Below, one piece after another: positions 11,363-64,000 of a DNA stretch of 64,000 nucleotides. The notes below the pieces were generated by a model, which saw nothing but the letters and a program-made list of their open reading frames with translations, had not been told where the DNA came from and did not search any database. This DNA comes from Prorocentrum cordatum. Taxonomy: Eukaryota. Position 1 is the first letter of the stretch. Each line of letters starts with the position of its first letter. The stretch is taken from positions 1 through 64,000 of the forward strand of contig CAUYUJ010000259.1 of the NCBI GenBank assembly GCA_963575745.1. The letters run 5' to 3'. The position numbers and the translations under genes were made by a program.

Positions 11363-13489
11363 CTACTGGTGATGCGCCCTCCGCCAGTAGACGGACTCGA
11401 GAGGGGCATATGGCAATCGCTCTCAACTGCTCAAACACAACGCTGATGCTTTTACCGATAGTCATGCTACTGCTACTTGCTGCTATTGCATACCGCCAAT
11501 GTTACGGTGATTGCCGTTGCATTGTTTTTTTGTGTCAACCGTTGCCAGGCCTATTTTTCCAGACTGCTGCCCGCGCCTTCTAAGAAGCAGTTTCCTTCTG
11601 AGTGGCCTTCCTCCCTCCCCCTTCGCAGACATACGACGACCGGAAGTCTTCATTACGCGGTCCCCAGGAGTCCCGACCCATTCCCTGGGGCCAGTTTTTC
11701 GTCCCGAGTCGTCGTTTGACGGTCTTGGGGCCCGGCGAGGGCCCCCGAGGCCGAAACGTAGTAGAAGACCTCCCGCCCGGATGTTTTCACGACGCGAGCA
11801 TGTTCGGATCCCCCCCCCTGCGCGCCGCCAATCTGTTGGCGGTTCCCGGCGTTGCCTGCTCGGGTCCCGGCAGCCTTCCCTGATGGCGTTTGGTGCGTTT
11901 GGTCTCCACCGCAGGCGTGTCCCCCATGTCCGCCGCCCTGCAGCCTTGGGAGCAGGAAGCGCACCAACACCACCACCACCACCACCCGATAGGCATTCAG
12001 GATGTCGAACGTGGCTAGGGCGAGGGTGCATTCGTTTCAGAGCGTTCCGGAACGCTCTCAGAGCGTTCTGGAACGCTCTGAAAAGGCCGCGGCGCCCGAG
12101 ACAACCTCCAGAGCCGCTGGATCTCAGATAATCTCGATCTATCCCCGCCCGATCTTGCCCTCGTTTGGGCTTCGTCTTCGGATGGGCCCACCACCCCGGA
12201 CCACCGTCTGCCTCTGGCCGCCAAGGTGCCCTCCTCGTGGGCGGCGGCGCATGGGCGCGGGGACAAATCGCGCGTCGCCCATCGCGGGGCGCGGCGCGCG
12301 AAGAGTTTGGCGACCCAGGGAAATTATCTACATACACACCTCGGCCGCGAGCGAGGGGGGGGAAGTGGCGGGACTTTTCAGAAGCCCTCCATTGAGAAGC
12401 TGTCCGTGTCGTCCAGGCAGTCTCAGAACATTTCTCAGAAGGCTGGGTGACTTCCGAGTCTTGTACGAAGGCCGTCTCCTTCTCCTTCTTATTTCCCCCC
12501 CCGTGCTCGCCGCCGAACATCCTTCTTATGCTTCTCTGGCTGCCGAGCTCTCACGAGGAGGCGGATGCGTCTCCGCCCCTGCGCTCGGGAAGGTGCCTAA
12601 ACCTTGGCTCCCCAGGGGTCCAGGCCAGAACGGATGTGCTTTTTATTGTGGTCCATACGGGCTCCCCAGTCCCTTTCGACCCCCTCCTGGGGACTGGATT
12701 TTCGTCCTGGATCGTCTCTTAATTGTTGCCTGGGGGTCCAGACGTGCCCCCCCCAGAGGCCGACGTAGAAGGCTTTGGAAGACGGCGGAGGTCTGGGACC
12801 AGGCGGCAGGCATCGATCCGCAGACCCCTCCAGAACCTCAGATGGAATCTAATCTAGCCGTAGCCACCCTGAACCTCGGCCTTCGAATCAAGATCCCAGA
12901 CGCCAGGTTTTTTCTGGCTTGGAAGCCCAGAGGTCTCTCCAGGATCCAGTGTTTCGTCCCGGGCCTTTTTTTCGACGGCCCCCCCGGGCCGACGGAGGCC
13001 ACCCAGAGGCCGAACATGTCAAAAGCCTTCCGTCATGAATGTTTCACGATTCGCTGGAGTCTGGTGATCTTGAGGAAGTTCTGGAGGGGAACTTATTTTT
13101 TGCGTCGGTGGCTAGGTAAGGGTCGTCTGCGCTGGCGGACGAATCTAACTAAAGGAGGGGGTAATCACAGGCACAATTACTCGTCGACTCCCAGGAAGAT
13201 TTTGAAGCATCTGGGAAGTGGGGGGAAGACGAAAACTCCAGAATCTATTGGTACATATGGGGAATGCTAAGATTTGTGCCTGTTTATTCAATCGCTTCGC
13301 TTACTCCGCCGGCCCGTATTGCATGATCGCTACTGCTTCGGCGCGGGCTCGGGGCCATTTCGGCGCCGCCGGAAGGAGGAAGATGAGGATGGGGAGGGAG
13401 AGGGGAGGTGGAGAAGAGGATGAGAAGGAACGGAGGAGGATGAAGATAAATATGATGAGGAGGAGGAGGAGGAAGAGGAAATGGCGGAA

Positions 13490-14200
13490 GAGGAAGCCTC
13501 TCGATGGCATTTTGTGGCGCTCTTGGGGCCAAACAGGGCTGTCGTCCAGATGCTTCTTTGGGAGGCCCTGGGGTCTGTTGAGAGGCCGTTCGGGGGCGCC
13601 TGGGAGACATTTTTGAAGCCTTGTAGGGCCTCTTTTGAGCCTCCTTGGAGCCTCCTGGGGTCTCTTGGGGGCCTCTTGGCGGCATCTTGGGCCATTTTGG
13701 GGGCCTCTCGGGGCCTCCTGGGGCCCTCTTGGGGCGGAAGGCTTGAGGTTTCGGTTCGTGGTCCCCATCTTGGGCCCCTCTTGGGGCCGTCTTGGGGCTC
13801 TCTTGGGCCGTCTTGGGCGTCTCTTGGGCCGTCTCGGGGCCCGTTTGGGCTCTCTGGGGGCCTCCTTGGGGGCCTCTTGAGCCGTCTTCGTGCGCTATTG
13901 AGGCCTCTTGGGCCGTCTTGCAGCATCGGAAAGCCGAAAATGCGACAAGGCCAAAATCCTTCCAAAACCATCGTAAAATTGATGATTTTGGCCTCTCGGG
14001 GCGCTCTTGTGAGGCCTCTTGGAGGCCACTTGGAGCGTCTTGGCGGCTTCTTGGGCCGTCTTGGGATCATCTTCGGCGTCTTGGAGCGTCCTTTGGGCGT
14101 CTCGAGGGCCTCTTGGGCAGTCTTGGGGGCCTCTTGGGGCCCTCCTGGCGCGCTCTGGGGGGCCTGAGAGGCGGTACCCAGGAGCGCAACCATCTCTGAG
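13490..14200. repeat. Dispersed repeat built of degenerate CTCTTGGG(G)CC subunits
   Basis: Homologous blocks with a shared A-rich core (TCGGAAAG...GATTTTxGC) at ~18950-19620 and ~62120-62740. Confidence 0.85.
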
Positions 14201-14349
14201 TAGACCTTCCCGGGCTGCGGTCGGGGTACTTTTCGCCGGGGGACCCCCAGGGGCCGCCCCGCGCGCGCGAACTAGAAATATTCTTAAGTAGTTACCGGAG
14301 ATCTTAGCAAGCCTCTGGCCCGTTGGGCCGGCGAATTTGTGTGTCCCAG

Positions 14350-63834
<49,485 letters not shown>

Positions 63835-64000
63835 GCTCCCACCCCGCGCCCGTTCGGCGCGGGGCGGGCGGGAGAGTCCGCCGGGGGACAGCGCCGACGT
63901 CGGCGTTCAAAGGGGGGGGCCGCCCCCCCCCCCCCGCGATGCCATTCCCCCCTCGCTTCCCCGCCCTTGGGACGGGCCGGGCCTGCTCTGCCAGCGCAAC

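Noticed and set aside
12500..13375. Additional host-gene exons near 12500-12590 and 13320-13375
   Set aside because: Donor-like AAG|G is present but no suitable AG acceptor was found

Overview
Repeat-dense eukaryotic genomic DNA, almost certainly from a dinoflagellate: there is a near-perfect relict spliced leader at 8262-8283 and GC/GA splice donors in AG|G contexts. Most long ORFs in the track are artefacts of trinucleotide microsatellites. Read by eye, the window holds five things. (1) A + strand host gene of tiny exons spread over ~50 kb, encoding two UVR-like coiled-coil motifs. (2) An SL-relict retrogene (8306-11362) for a TPR + 2OG-Fe(II) oxygenase-like protein. Two of its three predicted introns are insertions of a hAT-like MITE that has 11 copies or ends in the window, i.e. 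candidate introners. (3) A DNA transposon with perfect 32-bp CCC-terminal TIRs and a 2-bp TSD (34519-39300), inserted in a 122-bp satellite. It carries a 6-exon unknown gene and, next to an assembly gap, a possible C5-methyltransferase-like C-terminus. (4) Decayed LINEs with RT and RNase H. (5) Several other MITE and repeat families plus a 1.85-kb tandem duplication. All splice models are manual predictions without transcript support, and no database searches were run.
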